Positions 30,449 to 38,729 of a DNA stretch of 64,000 nt are shown here, one piece after another. A program made the position numbers and the translations under genes. Every line of letters starts with the position of its first letter. Within the stretch, counting starts at the first letter, position 1. The notes beneath the pieces were generated by a model that saw only the letters and a program-made list of their open reading frames with translations, was not told the DNA's origin and did not search any database. The stretch lies in IMG/VR virus record IMGVR_UViG_3300046167_000724; one strand, written 5' to 3'. Source of the stretch: a virus. Its lineage: Duplodnaviria > Caudoviricetes.

Positions 30449-31508
30449 TCTTACCGAGGAACTTAAGAGTAAAATTAAAAGCTTAGTAAAAGAGGTGGCT
30501 GTGCGTGAGCACGGTCACCCTTCTAAGCAAATGGTAAAAGATATGCCTGGTAGAATTACTTTGGCATGTCCTTATTGTGGTGATTCTACTAAAGATGTTC
30601 TAGCTAAAAGATGTAACCTTTATTGGGATACTCTTCAATTTCACTGTTACAATTGTAGTGAGCATGGTGACCTTAATAAATTATTAAGAGACCACGACTT
30701 ACGTTTACGTCACGGAGATGATTCAATTACTGTTATTGAATACATTAAAAACCGTAAGACTGAAGTAAAAGAGATTGAAACAATGAAGCACGGTATTTAT
30801 GTGAAAGCACATGAAGCCGCAATTTTAGTTGCAGATTTTAAAAAACATTTTGGTGCACAATCAATTGAAGTTGGTGATTTTGCCTGGTTCTATTTGAAGG
30901 GTCGGGCGCTTCACAATAAATCTGATGAATTTCTTTATTCGCCGTTTGGTCAGAATCTTTGGATTCTAAATAAAACACCTGATGGTAAAATAATGGGTTG
31001 TCAAAGTAGAAAGCTTGGTAAGTATAAATCAAGATACTTAACTTACGACATGGGTAAACTCTATGGTGAAATGAACCGCGAGTTCCCATTTGAAGGTGAT
31101 GAATTAATATCAGTTAATAAGATGTCAACACTCTTTAATATTATGAGAGTTGATATGACACGACCGGTAACTTTATTTGAAGGGCCACTTGATGCGATGT
31201 TTATGTCAAATTCAATGGCATTAGCAACAGCAGGTCGTTCAACTACAGAGCTTGATGAGATTCCGACCACCAGATACATGTTTGATAATGATGAGACTGG
31301 TAAAAAGAAGATGATTGAGAAATTAAAGAGGGGTAAATCTGTATTTATGTGGTCTAAATTCATGAAGGAAAATGGACTGAATATATATGTAGAGGACATA
31401 AAAGACTTGAATGATTTAGTTATGAAATGCTATGAACTTAAGTCTCCGGCCCTAAAAAATATAGGCAATTATTTTACAAACTCTAAATTAGATGCTTTGT
31501 ACATATGA
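30432..31508 (+). CDS. gp61: DNA primase, gp61-like
   Basis: Zn finger 'CPYCGDS...HCYNC'; TOPRIM 'LFEGPLDAMF' and 'FDNDETG'. Confidence 0.85.
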   Translation: MASISNLTEELKSKIKSLVKEVAVREHGHPSKQMVKDMPGRITLACPYCGDSTKDVLAKRCNLYWDTLQFHCYNCSEHGDLNKLLRDHDLRLRHGDDSITVIEYIKNRKTEVKEIETMKHGIYVKAHEAAILVADFKKHFGAQSIEVGDFAWFYLKGRALHNKSDEFLYSPFGQNLWILNKTPDGKIMGCQSRKLGKYKSRYLTYDMGKLYGEMNREFPFEGDELISVNKMSTLFNIMRVDMTRPVTLFEGPLDAMFMSNSMALATAGRSTTELDEIPTTRYMFDNDETGKKKMIEKLKRGKSVFMWSKFMKENGLNIYVEDIKDLNDLVMKCYELKSPALKNIGNYFTNSKLDALYI

Positions 31509-31717
31509 TTGATTTTGAACTAATGATTGAAGAAGAATTTGATGAATTTTACGAAGAAAGTAAAAGACATAAAAATTTAAAGATGCTTATAGAATTTGAA
31601 GGACTTGATACACAATATAATAGCAAGGAGTTTAAACTTGATAAGCCAAAAATGAAAAAGAAATTAACAGCTAATAAGTGGATTCCAAAATCCAACAATA
31701 AATCCCAATTGTTTTAA
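31505..31717 (+). CDS. Small hypothetical protein
   Basis: 70 aa; ATGA/TAATG overlaps with both neighbours. Confidence 0.55.
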   Translation: MIDFELMIEEEFDEFYEESKRHKNLKMLIEFEGLDTQYNSKEFKLDKPKMKKKLTANKWIPKSNNKSQLF

Positions 31718-32142
31718 TGTCAACTGAAAATAAAGTTATAAAGATAGATGCTTATTTAAACGAGCAACGCCAAGAGTGGACCCAAAAGATTCGTGAACTG
31801 GCTAAATGTTTTAAAGAGGTTGATATGTTGAATCAGGCAATGGTAGAGATTCCATCTTATAGACAGATTATTATTGAGCAGATTGCACAACTCAACATTA
31901 AGATTAAACAACAGGAGGGTAAGCTGTCAAAAACTTACAAAAACTCGTACATCAAGTATTTTGAGTACGATTATAAATTAACAGACAAACAAAAGGAATC
32001 ATTTTTAAAAGCTGACATGTCAGACGATAATATGATTTTGGGTTTGTTGACTACGCAGATGGATTTTTTGCGTGAATCGGTAAAGACTCTGGATAATATG
32101 AGCTGGGCCGTTCGTAATAAGCTACAATTACAGGGGCTGTAA
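31717..32142 (+). CDS. uvsY: Recombination mediator UvsY-like
   Basis: 141-aa helical protein ('YDYKLTDKQK...DFLRESVKTLDNMSWAVRN') directly upstream of UvsW, as in T4-like phages. Confidence 0.6.
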   Translation: MSTENKVIKIDAYLNEQRQEWTQKIRELAKCFKEVDMLNQAMVEIPSYRQIIIEQIAQLNIKIKQQEGKLSKTYKNSYIKYFEYDYKLTDKQKESFLKADMSDDNMILGLLTTQMDFLRESVKTLDNMSWAVRNKLQLQGL

Positions 32143-32168
32143 CGAGAATAAAAAAGTTTCATTTATGA

Positions 32169-33683
32169 ATGGAGCTAACGTTAACTGAAGATAATCAGTT
32201 TTTAAGAATCGATGTTGCCACTGAACTAGAATTAGAACAGTTAAACATTTCGCTTACAAGAAGAATAGACGCATGGCGGTTCAATCCTTTGGTTAAAAAA
32301 GGGATATGGGACGGCTATGTTTCTTATGTAAAAGATGATAAATGGATCCCTGCCGGTTTATGGCAGGAGATCACGAAAGTCTGTAAACAATATAAATTCG
32401 ATATAAAAATTCACGGTGTTACTAGACTTTTTGATAAGGATATTTCAGCGGAGGGTTTTGAAGAATGGGCTAATGAGTTTTTTGAGGGTCATCCTGATGG
32501 TATTAAACCAAGGGACTATCAAATTGAAGCGGCTTATAATATTTTAAAGTTTAGGAGGTCGCTTTCTGAATTAGCAACATCTGCTGGTAAAACACTTATT
32601 TCATTTTTAACGGTTGCTTACATGCTTGAAAAAGAGAAGGCTAAGAAGATTCTATTTATTGTACCTAACGTATCACTTGTTGTTCAGGCGTCTGAGGACT
32701 TTAGTGAATACAATCATGAAAATAGAGTTAAGATTCTTATTCAACAAATATATTCTGGTCAAAAGATTAAAGAAAACCGTAATATTGTTATTGGTACATA
32801 TCAATCACTTGTTAAAAAACCTAAAGAATTCTTTGATGATTTTGAAGCTGTAATTGTTGATGAGACACATAAAGCTAAATCAAATTCAATTAAAACAATC
32901 TTACAGAAGTGTAGACATGCTACATATAAATATGGGTTATCGGGTACAATACCTAAAGAAAATTCATTAGATAAGTTAACACTAATGTCACAGACTGGTC
33001 CTCTTATTACTGAGGTTAAAGCCGCATTCCTTCAAAAGGAGGGTCACATTGCTGGTTGTAATGTTAATATTATTGAAATGGATTACGCACCTGAATCAGC
33101 TAAAGAAGCCTTTATGGAATTAGCAACAAATAGGTATGAGTCAAAAGATGTTTTTCCATTAGAACAAAATTATGTTATTAACTCGCCGGGTAGATTAAAC
33201 TTTGTTACTAAAGTTATTTCAAGAATACCAAATAATTCATTGGTTCTATTTCACAGGATTGAACATGGTAAAAGACTTTATGAAGAATTAAGACAGCGTT
33301 CAAATAAGCGTGTGTATTATGTTGACGGCGGTACAAATACAGATATCCGTGAAGAGTATAAAGCAAAAATGGAAGCCGGTGATGAGGTTGTTATCGTTGC
33401 ATCATATGGTACTTTTTCAACCGGTATTTCTATTAAAAAAATACATAACATTTTCTTTACAGAATCCTTCAAGTCTGAAGTGATAATTAGACAGTCAATT
33501 GGTAGGGGTTTAAGGCAACATGAATCTAAAGATTCTGTTAATATAATAGACTTTGTTGATGACCTTCGATTTGATGAATGGCATAACTATCTATATAGGC
33601 ATGGTGTTGCTAGAAAGAAGATATACAAGCAAGAAAAGTTCAGTTATAAAGTCAAAAAAGTTAAATTTGAAGGAGATATATAA
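32169..33683 (+). CDS. uvsW: UvsW-like SF2 helicase
   Basis: 'PRDYQ', 'ATSAGKT', 'VIVDETH', 'GLSGT', 'ASYGTFSTGISI', 'QSIGRGLR'. Confidence 0.92.
   Translation: MELTLTEDNQFLRIDVATELELEQLNISLTRRIDAWRFNPLVKKGIWDGYVSYVKDDKWIPAGLWQEITKVCKQYKFDIKIHGVTRLFDKDISAEGFEEWANEFFEGHPDGIKPRDYQIEAAYNILKFRRSLSELATSAGKTLISFLTVAYMLEKEKAKKILFIVPNVSLVVQASEDFSEYNHENRVKILIQQIYSGQKIKENRNIVIGTYQSLVKKPKEFFDDFEAVIVDETHKAKSNSIKTILQKCRHATYKYGLSGTIPKENSLDKLTLMSQTGPLITEVKAAFLQKEGHIAGCNVNIIEMDYAPESAKEAFMELATNRYESKDVFPLEQNYVINSPGRLNFVTKVISRIPNNSLVLFHRIEHGKRLYEELRQRSNKRVYYVDGGTNTDIREEYKAKMEAGDEVVIVASYGTFSTGISIKKIHNIFFTESFKSEVIIRQSIGRGLRQHESKDSVNIIDFVDDLRFDEWHNYLYRHGVARKKIYKQEKFSYKVKKVKFEGDI
33675..33682 (+). promoter_or_regulatory. 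Putative late promoter GATATATA
   Basis: At the end of uvsW, upstream of the putative head-cargo cluster (ATG 33725). Confidence 0.5.
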
Positions 33684-33724
33684 CAATAAGATATAATACT
33701 ATCAAAATAAAACATTATAATATA

Positions 33725-36064
33725 ATGAAAAAGATTGAATCATTTAAAAGTTTTTCTCAATTACAAAATCAAATCAGAGAAGAGGCTAGATTAAAAGAAG
33801 TTGCATCTAAAAGAGACGCTACAGTTTCTGAGTTTAACGCTCTTTTACAAAAGTACAATGCGGCATCAGTTGCAGACTTAAACGAAGAAGATAGAGACGC
33901 ATTCATGGCTGAACTTACCAAAGAAGGTAATGCTTTCGGTGCAGCAAGAGCAGAGGCTATTGCAAAGGGTGAAGAAGAGTTTAAGGTTGGCGACGAAGAA
34001 ATGCCGGTTAAGAATGTAGATAAAGAAGACGAAGAAAACGCTGAAGAGTTTGTTAAAGAGTCAACTACAATTATTGAAGAAGGTACTAGAGGTCAATTCG
34101 GTAAAATCTATAAGAATGGCGAAATCGCTTCTGTATACACACACTATGATTCTTATCCTGAGAACATGATTCCACTTATTAAGAAGGGTTATAAAAAAGG
34201 CACTGATGTTGATGCAGTTCTTGGTAAAGGTGGTAATTCAGGTCTAGAAGTTTCTCCAGATAAAATGAAGTTTTATGGCGATGCGGATAGCATGACTCCA
34301 ATGAAAGGTAACATTAAAAATCTTAATAAGTATATTAAAGATGCTGACCGTAATGGTGGTGCAGAGTATATCTACTTATTTGACGAAAGAGATCAAAATT
34401 GGTACATGATTGACATATATGGTGATAAAGAATTAGTACCGGCATTTGAATCAGTAGTTACTGAAGGCAAGCACGACGAGATGCTAGATAAAGTTGCAGA
34501 TGCTGTAAAAAATGCATCAAACTTTATGAACGTTGGTATTGCACTTAAAGATGCAGGTATCAAGTACGATTTTTCAACAGGTATGATGCCAATCTATAGG
34601 TTGAAAAAATACCCTATTGCTATTGTAAATAAAAAGTATGTTGACGATGCAGATAGAGAAGTAGGTGACATTGCAATTGGTGTAATGGAATCACTTACTG
34701 AATCGCTAATCACTGAAGCACTAGAAGGTAGAAGCCAGAAAGAAGCGATGAAAGGTTATGCTGCAATTCATAAGTTTATGATGGCACACCCTGGATTTGC
34801 TAGCAAAACAGTTTCAGACCAAACAGTTGCTTGGACAATGAAAGAAGCTCTTAAGGCTGCACTTATAGACGCAAACTTCCATACAGAAGCTAAGTCAGTT
34901 GGTAAAGCTATTAACTTTGCAAACTTTCAAGCACCAACTGTTTTTGTAAACGAACTGGGCGGTATGCCAATCCAAATCAGTAAAAAAATGATGATGGATA
35001 AAGTATATGAGCTAGCTACAGAAATTACAAGAGGTGCAAAATATAATGGTTTTGCTATTATTGAAGCTGTTGCAATGTTCTTTGATGATTCATTCCCTAA
35101 GAATTCTTCTGCATCAAATCTAAGAGATGTACTTGCTAAATTTATGGGTGAAGCTGTAGAAGCTAATAATCTAGAGCAAAGAATTAATGAAGGTTCAGCG
35201 TTTAATTCGGCAAGACTAAAAGCTATTGCTGACGATAAAGATGAATTTGAATTTGATGGTAAAACTTATCCAGTAAAATCTGTTGATAAGGAAGATGAAG
35301 AACTTGCTGATGATTTAGTAGGTGAAGGTAATGCATTTAGCACTGCTAGGTTAAAGGCTATTGAAGCTGGTGAAAAGGAGTTTGAATTTGATGGTAAGAC
35401 TTATCCAGTAAAGTCAGTTGACAAAGAAGATGAAGAACTTGCTGATGATTTAGTAGGTGAAAGTAACAAAACCATAGATGCTAGCACATTTGGCGATGAC
35501 AAATTACGTTATGATGATCAATTTAGAGGTGCTACTGGTCTTGCTAAAACATTAGCAAGCGAATTAGGATTTGATCCAAAAAAGCCTTGGACTGAAGGTA
35601 TTGGTTTTGATGATATTGAAATGTATGCTATCGGTAAAAAAGAAGGAACTATTTCAAGAAACGCACTATCAGGTAAATATACGTATGCTGATCTTTTAGC
35701 AATGGCTAAAGATTTTTTAGGAATCAATGAATCAGAAGATAAAGAAGCTGCTGATGATGTAGTCGATGAGTCTAGATACGATGATATAAAACTTAAAGAA
35801 TTTGCAGAATTTATCAAAAAAGCTGAAGGTAAAAGAGTTATGCTAACAACAACTGAATTTGATGGTACATCTAAGGTTGAGGGTAGGCTTCAAAAAAGTT
35901 CATCAGGTTATCATAAAATTGATTACATGAGCTTTGATTTTAAAGATGAAATGGATACTATCAAAAAGGGTGACGGCATGATTATGGGTGTTAGGGTTGG
36001 CGAATTCCTTAAGTACAATATCGGTGGTAAAAACGGTTCTCAATTTTTAATTGAAGTACTATAA
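33725..36064 (+). CDS. Acidic modular protein with three 45-aa repeats; putative protease-processed internal head polyprotein
   Basis: CTS-like start 'MKKIESFKSF'; modules bounded by IEE/VTE/ITE/INE; repeats at 33923, 35189 and 35324. Confidence 0.6.
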   Translation: MKKIESFKSFSQLQNQIREEARLKEVASKRDATVSEFNALLQKYNAASVADLNEEDRDAFMAELTKEGNAFGAARAEAIAKGEEEFKVGDEEMPVKNVDKEDEENAEEFVKESTTIIEEGTRGQFGKIYKNGEIASVYTHYDSYPENMIPLIKKGYKKGTDVDAVLGKGGNSGLEVSPDKMKFYGDADSMTPMKGNIKNLNKYIKDADRNGGAEYIYLFDERDQNWYMIDIYGDKELVPAFESVVTEGKHDEMLDKVADAVKNASNFMNVGIALKDAGIKYDFSTGMMPIYRLKKYPIAIVNKKYVDDADREVGDIAIGVMESLTESLITEALEGRSQKEAMKGYAAIHKFMMAHPGFASKTVSDQTVAWTMKEALKAALIDANFHTEAKSVGKAINFANFQAPTVFVNELGGMPIQISKKMMMDKVYELATEITRGAKYNGFAIIEAVAMFFDDSFPKNSSASNLRDVLAKFMGEAVEANNLEQRINEGSAFNSARLKAIADDKDEFEFDGKTYPVKSVDKEDEELADDLVGEGNAFSTARLKAIEAGEKEFEFDGKTYPVKSVDKEDEELADDLVGESNKTIDASTFGDDKLRYDDQFRGATGLAKTLASELGFDPKKPWTEGIGFDDIEMYAIGKKEGTISRNALSGKYTYADLLAMAKDFLGINESEDKEAADDVVDESRYDDIKLKEFAEFIKKAEGKRVMLTTTEFDGTSKVEGRLQKSSSGYHKIDYMSFDFKDEMDTIKKGDGMIMGVRVGEFLKYNIGGKNGSQFLIEVL
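35189..35458 (+). repeat. Tandem 135-bp (45-codon) repeat; a diverged third copy lies at 33923-34057
   Basis: EGSAFNSARLKAIADDKDEFEFDGKTYPVKSVDKEDEELADDLVG / EGNAFSTARLKAIEAGEKEFEFDGKTYPVKSVDKEDEELADDLVG. Confidence 0.95.
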
Positions 36065-36126
36065 AAAAGTTTAAAAAAGTTTGACATATATTTTTTTATG
36101 TCATTCTTTTTTTGTATATTAGAAGT

Positions 36127-36432
36127 ATGAAAAGGGTAAAACTATTCGAAAGCTTTATTAACGAGGCAGGAATCTTTAGAACTTACAATGAGCTTGTTGG
36201 TTATGAATACAAGAAGTTTGTAGATGCTTTTAAGAAGCTCCACCCTGATAATATAGTTACATATGATAAAAAGAATGATGTTGATTATGGTCACCGTAAA
36301 GGCTCCACAGAAGCACTTTGGAAATACTTTCATGATGAAGGTAGAATTCACCACTCTGAAAAAGACAGAGACGTACTTGGTCTAATCAATGCATTTGACA
36401 TGGTTAAAAGAAACCACCCTTGGTCAAAATAA
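36127..36432 (+). CDS. Small protein with CTS-like leader (MKRVKLFESFINE-A)
   Basis: ATG 36127 preferred over the ORF-track start at 36112; the leader ends in INE. Confidence 0.7.
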   Translation: MKRVKLFESFINEAGIFRTYNELVGYEYKKFVDAFKKLHPDNIVTYDKKNDVDYGHRKGSTEALWKYFHDEGRIHHSEKDRDVLGLINAFDMVKRNHPWSK

Positions 36433-36442
36433 AACAAACATT
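36402..36442 (+). repeat. 41-bp direct repeat, copy 1 (end of the upstream gene plus intergenic/start region)
   Basis: ggttaaaagaaaccacccttggtcaaaataaaacaaacatt, identical at 36747-36787. Confidence 0.95.
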
Positions 36443-36445
36443 CAA

Positions 36446-36721
36446 ATGAAAAATATAAAATTATTTAACGAGTTTGCTGAACCAACAACTGACGAGTCTA
36501 TTATAAATTCACAAATTGAAGAGAAAAAAGCAGACGGTACAATCTCTGACGATGAGGATGAGAGAAGAGCTGAATTACTTAAAAGAGTAAAAGAGCAAAT
36601 GGAAGAACTTTTAGCTTCAGCAGAATTCGATGCTAACGATATTGGCGGTTCTTTTAGAGCACCTGGTATTATGGCTAAAATCAGAAAAGAACTAGAAGGT
36701 CAAATTAAAAAGTTTAGATAA
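36446..36721 (+). CDS. Small protein with CTS-like leader (MKNIKLFNEFAE)
   Basis: ATG 36446 preferred over the ORF-track start at 36389; 91 aa; contains IEE. Confidence 0.7.
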   Translation: MKNIKLFNEFAEPTTDESIINSQIEEKKADGTISDDEDERRAELLKRVKEQMEELLASAEFDANDIGGSFRAPGIMAKIRKELEGQIKKFR

Positions 36722-36722
36722 T

Positions 36723-36752
36723 ATGAAGCTTCTTGTTTCTTTTAACGGTTAA
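36723..36752 (+). pseudogene. Relic 5' end of the ligase-fold gene (MKLLVSFNG-stop)
   Basis: aatatgaagcttcttgtttcttttaacg closely matches aatatgaacaagctacttatttcttttaacg at the start of the 37431 gene. Confidence 0.6.
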
Positions 36753-36787
36753 AAGAAACCACCCTTGGTCAAAATAAAACAAACATT
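36747..36787 (+). repeat. 41-bp direct repeat, copy 2
   Basis: Identical to 36402-36442; both copies are followed by (c/t)aaatgaaaaa, which contains the next start codon. Confidence 0.95.
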
Positions 36788-36790
36788 TAA

Positions 36791-37429
36791 ATGAAAAAAG
36801 TAAGATTATACGAAAGCTTCCACGGTATTGATGAAGCTTCAAGAGGTACAATTCACAAAGCAGTAAAAGCTGGTGATTATCCCGTAACTATTGTTGTTAT
36901 TGAAAACGGTAAAGTAGTACACCAAGAAATTGTAGATACACCACAAGCTGTACCCGCATCATTTAACGTTCTTCAGAAAGAATACCCAAAAGCAAAGCTT
37001 CATGTTGAGGACAAAGGCGGTCAAACACTTTTTGTAGAAGGTATTGAATCAGCAATTACAGAGTTTGTAAATGAATCAGACGTAATGAACTCGTATTATT
37101 TTACTAGTCCTAGTGAATTTGGTCAATTTTCATCAGAGGCCCCGGCTAAAGGTGAAACTAAATATTTAGTAATGGCTAATAATAAAGCAGACTTTAATGG
37201 TCAAACTATTAAATTAGAAGGTGGTATTAGAATGGGATCTGCGACTAGCCAAAAGGTTATAGGTGTTTATGGTGATGAGCAGTCTGCAAAAGACGCCTAT
37301 GAAGCTGCAATGAAAAAACCAGAAGGAACTATGGTTTCTTTCACAATGGGAACAGTTGTTGGCGAAACTAAATTTAGATCTCAATATACTGAAATCGAAG
37401 GGTATTTAGCAAAAGTTAAATTAAAATAA
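36791..37429 (+). CDS. Protein with CTS-like leader (MKKVRLYESFHGIDE-A), two modules
   Basis: 212 aa; internal 'ITEFVNE-S' junction. Confidence 0.7.
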   Translation: MKKVRLYESFHGIDEASRGTIHKAVKAGDYPVTIVVIENGKVVHQEIVDTPQAVPASFNVLQKEYPKAKLHVEDKGGQTLFVEGIESAITEFVNESDVMNSYYFTSPSEFGQFSSEAPAKGETKYLVMANNKADFNGQTIKLEGGIRMGSATSQKVIGVYGDEQSAKDAYEAAMKKPEGTMVSFTMGTVVGETKFRSQYTEIEGYLAKVKLK

Positions 37430-37430
37430 T

Positions 37431-38723
37431 ATGAACAAGCTACTTATTTCTTTTAACGAGTTTCTTTTAGAGAAGGCTTATAACTCTTATGATTCAGATC
37501 TAATCCTTGAAGGTGGTGCAGCTGGTCACATGATGCACCCGTTCGATGATAAAGCACTAACGTTTGATGACTTTAGAAAGTTTATCACAGCGGGTCTCCA
37601 AGGTGAAATGACTTTTGATGAAGAGCCAACAGAAAAGACTGACGGCCAAAACGTGTTTGCCACGGTTAAAGATGGTAAAGTAATGTTTGCTAGAAACAAG
37701 GGTCAAATGCAAAACCCTATTGACCTAGCAGGTATTACTCAAATGTTTGCCGACCATCCATCTGAGTTGGTTAGAGACACATTTACATTCGCAGCTCAAG
37801 ACTTAGCGTCAACACTTACAAAGCTGTCAGCTAATGACCAAATTAAGTACTTTAACGACGGTAAGAACTTCATGAACATGGAGCTTATCTATTCAAAAAA
37901 CCCTAACGTTATTAATTACGACAGAGATGTTATTCAATTCCACGGTATCAAAGAGACTGATGGTGAAGGTAATATTATTGGTGATATGGGTGCAAGATCG
38001 GCTAAAGATATTGCTAAGCTACTTGATGCTGTAAATGCAAAAACAGGTAAAGTGTTCAACATTATTCCACCTCAAGTACTTAAGCTTCGTAAAGATGTAG
38101 ACTTTGATGACAGGTTGCCGTACTTTATGAAAAAGATTGATGCGCTTCAAACACAATATAAATTAGCCGGTCATGATGAGGTTTCAAGATACCATGAAAT
38201 GTGGTGGAGAGACGAGATTGAAAAGTCTTTTGGTGACCTATCACAAGATATTAAAGAAGGCTTATTATTAAGATGGGCATATGACGATAAGAAAACTCTT
38301 AACATGAGACAGGTTGCTAAGCAGATTACACCAGAACAAATGGAGTTTCTTAGAAAATACGACAAGGTAGACGTTAAGAAAAAGTACAAAGAAAACATTA
38401 GACCGTTCGAAGACTTGTTCTTAGAGTTTGGTTCAATTGTACTTAAGAACGCTTCGAACTTTGTTGCAGCGTCACCAGATGCCGAAATGCAAAGACTACA
38501 TAATGAAATTAGAACAGAAGCCGCTAAGATTAAAAAAGGTGGTTCAGTAGACCAGATTATTAAGGTTGAAGCTGAGCTGGCAAGGTTAGATAGAATTGGT
38601 GGTATTGAGTCAATTATTCCAACTGAAGGCTTAGTGTTCAAATATAATGGTAAAATATATAAGTTAACGGGTACTTTTGCAGCGATTAATCAGCTGTTAG
38701 GTATTATTAAATACGGTAGATAA
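37431..38723 (+). CDS. ATP-dependent ligase/capping-enzyme-fold nucleotidyltransferase (RNA ligase-like) with CTS-like leader
   Basis: Motif I EKTDG, Ia ARNKG, III MNMELIY, IIIa IQFHGI, IV EGLVF, V YKLTG; leader 'MNKLLISFNEFLLE...ILE-GG'. Confidence 0.65.
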   Translation: MNKLLISFNEFLLEKAYNSYDSDLILEGGAAGHMMHPFDDKALTFDDFRKFITAGLQGEMTFDEEPTEKTDGQNVFATVKDGKVMFARNKGQMQNPIDLAGITQMFADHPSELVRDTFTFAAQDLASTLTKLSANDQIKYFNDGKNFMNMELIYSKNPNVINYDRDVIQFHGIKETDGEGNIIGDMGARSAKDIAKLLDAVNAKTGKVFNIIPPQVLKLRKDVDFDDRLPYFMKKIDALQTQYKLAGHDEVSRYHEMWWRDEIEKSFGDLSQDIKEGLLLRWAYDDKKTLNMRQVAKQITPEQMEFLRKYDKVDVKKKYKENIRPFEDLFLEFGSIVLKNASNFVAASPDAEMQRLHNEIRTEAAKIKKGGSVDQIIKVEAELARLDRIGGIESIIPTEGLVFKYNGKIYKLTGTFAAINQLLGIIKYGR

Positions 38724-38729
38724 ACTAAT

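Noticed and set aside
36410-36440. GAAAC within the 41-bp repeat (and at 5681) as additional promoters
   Set aside because: No TATAAT-like hexamer 17-18 nt downstream.
36402-36787. CRISPR array or attachment site at the 41-bp direct repeat
   Set aside because: Only two copies, 345 bp apart, enclosing a full gene; not palindromic; no cas or integrase gene nearby. Better explained as a recombination scar.
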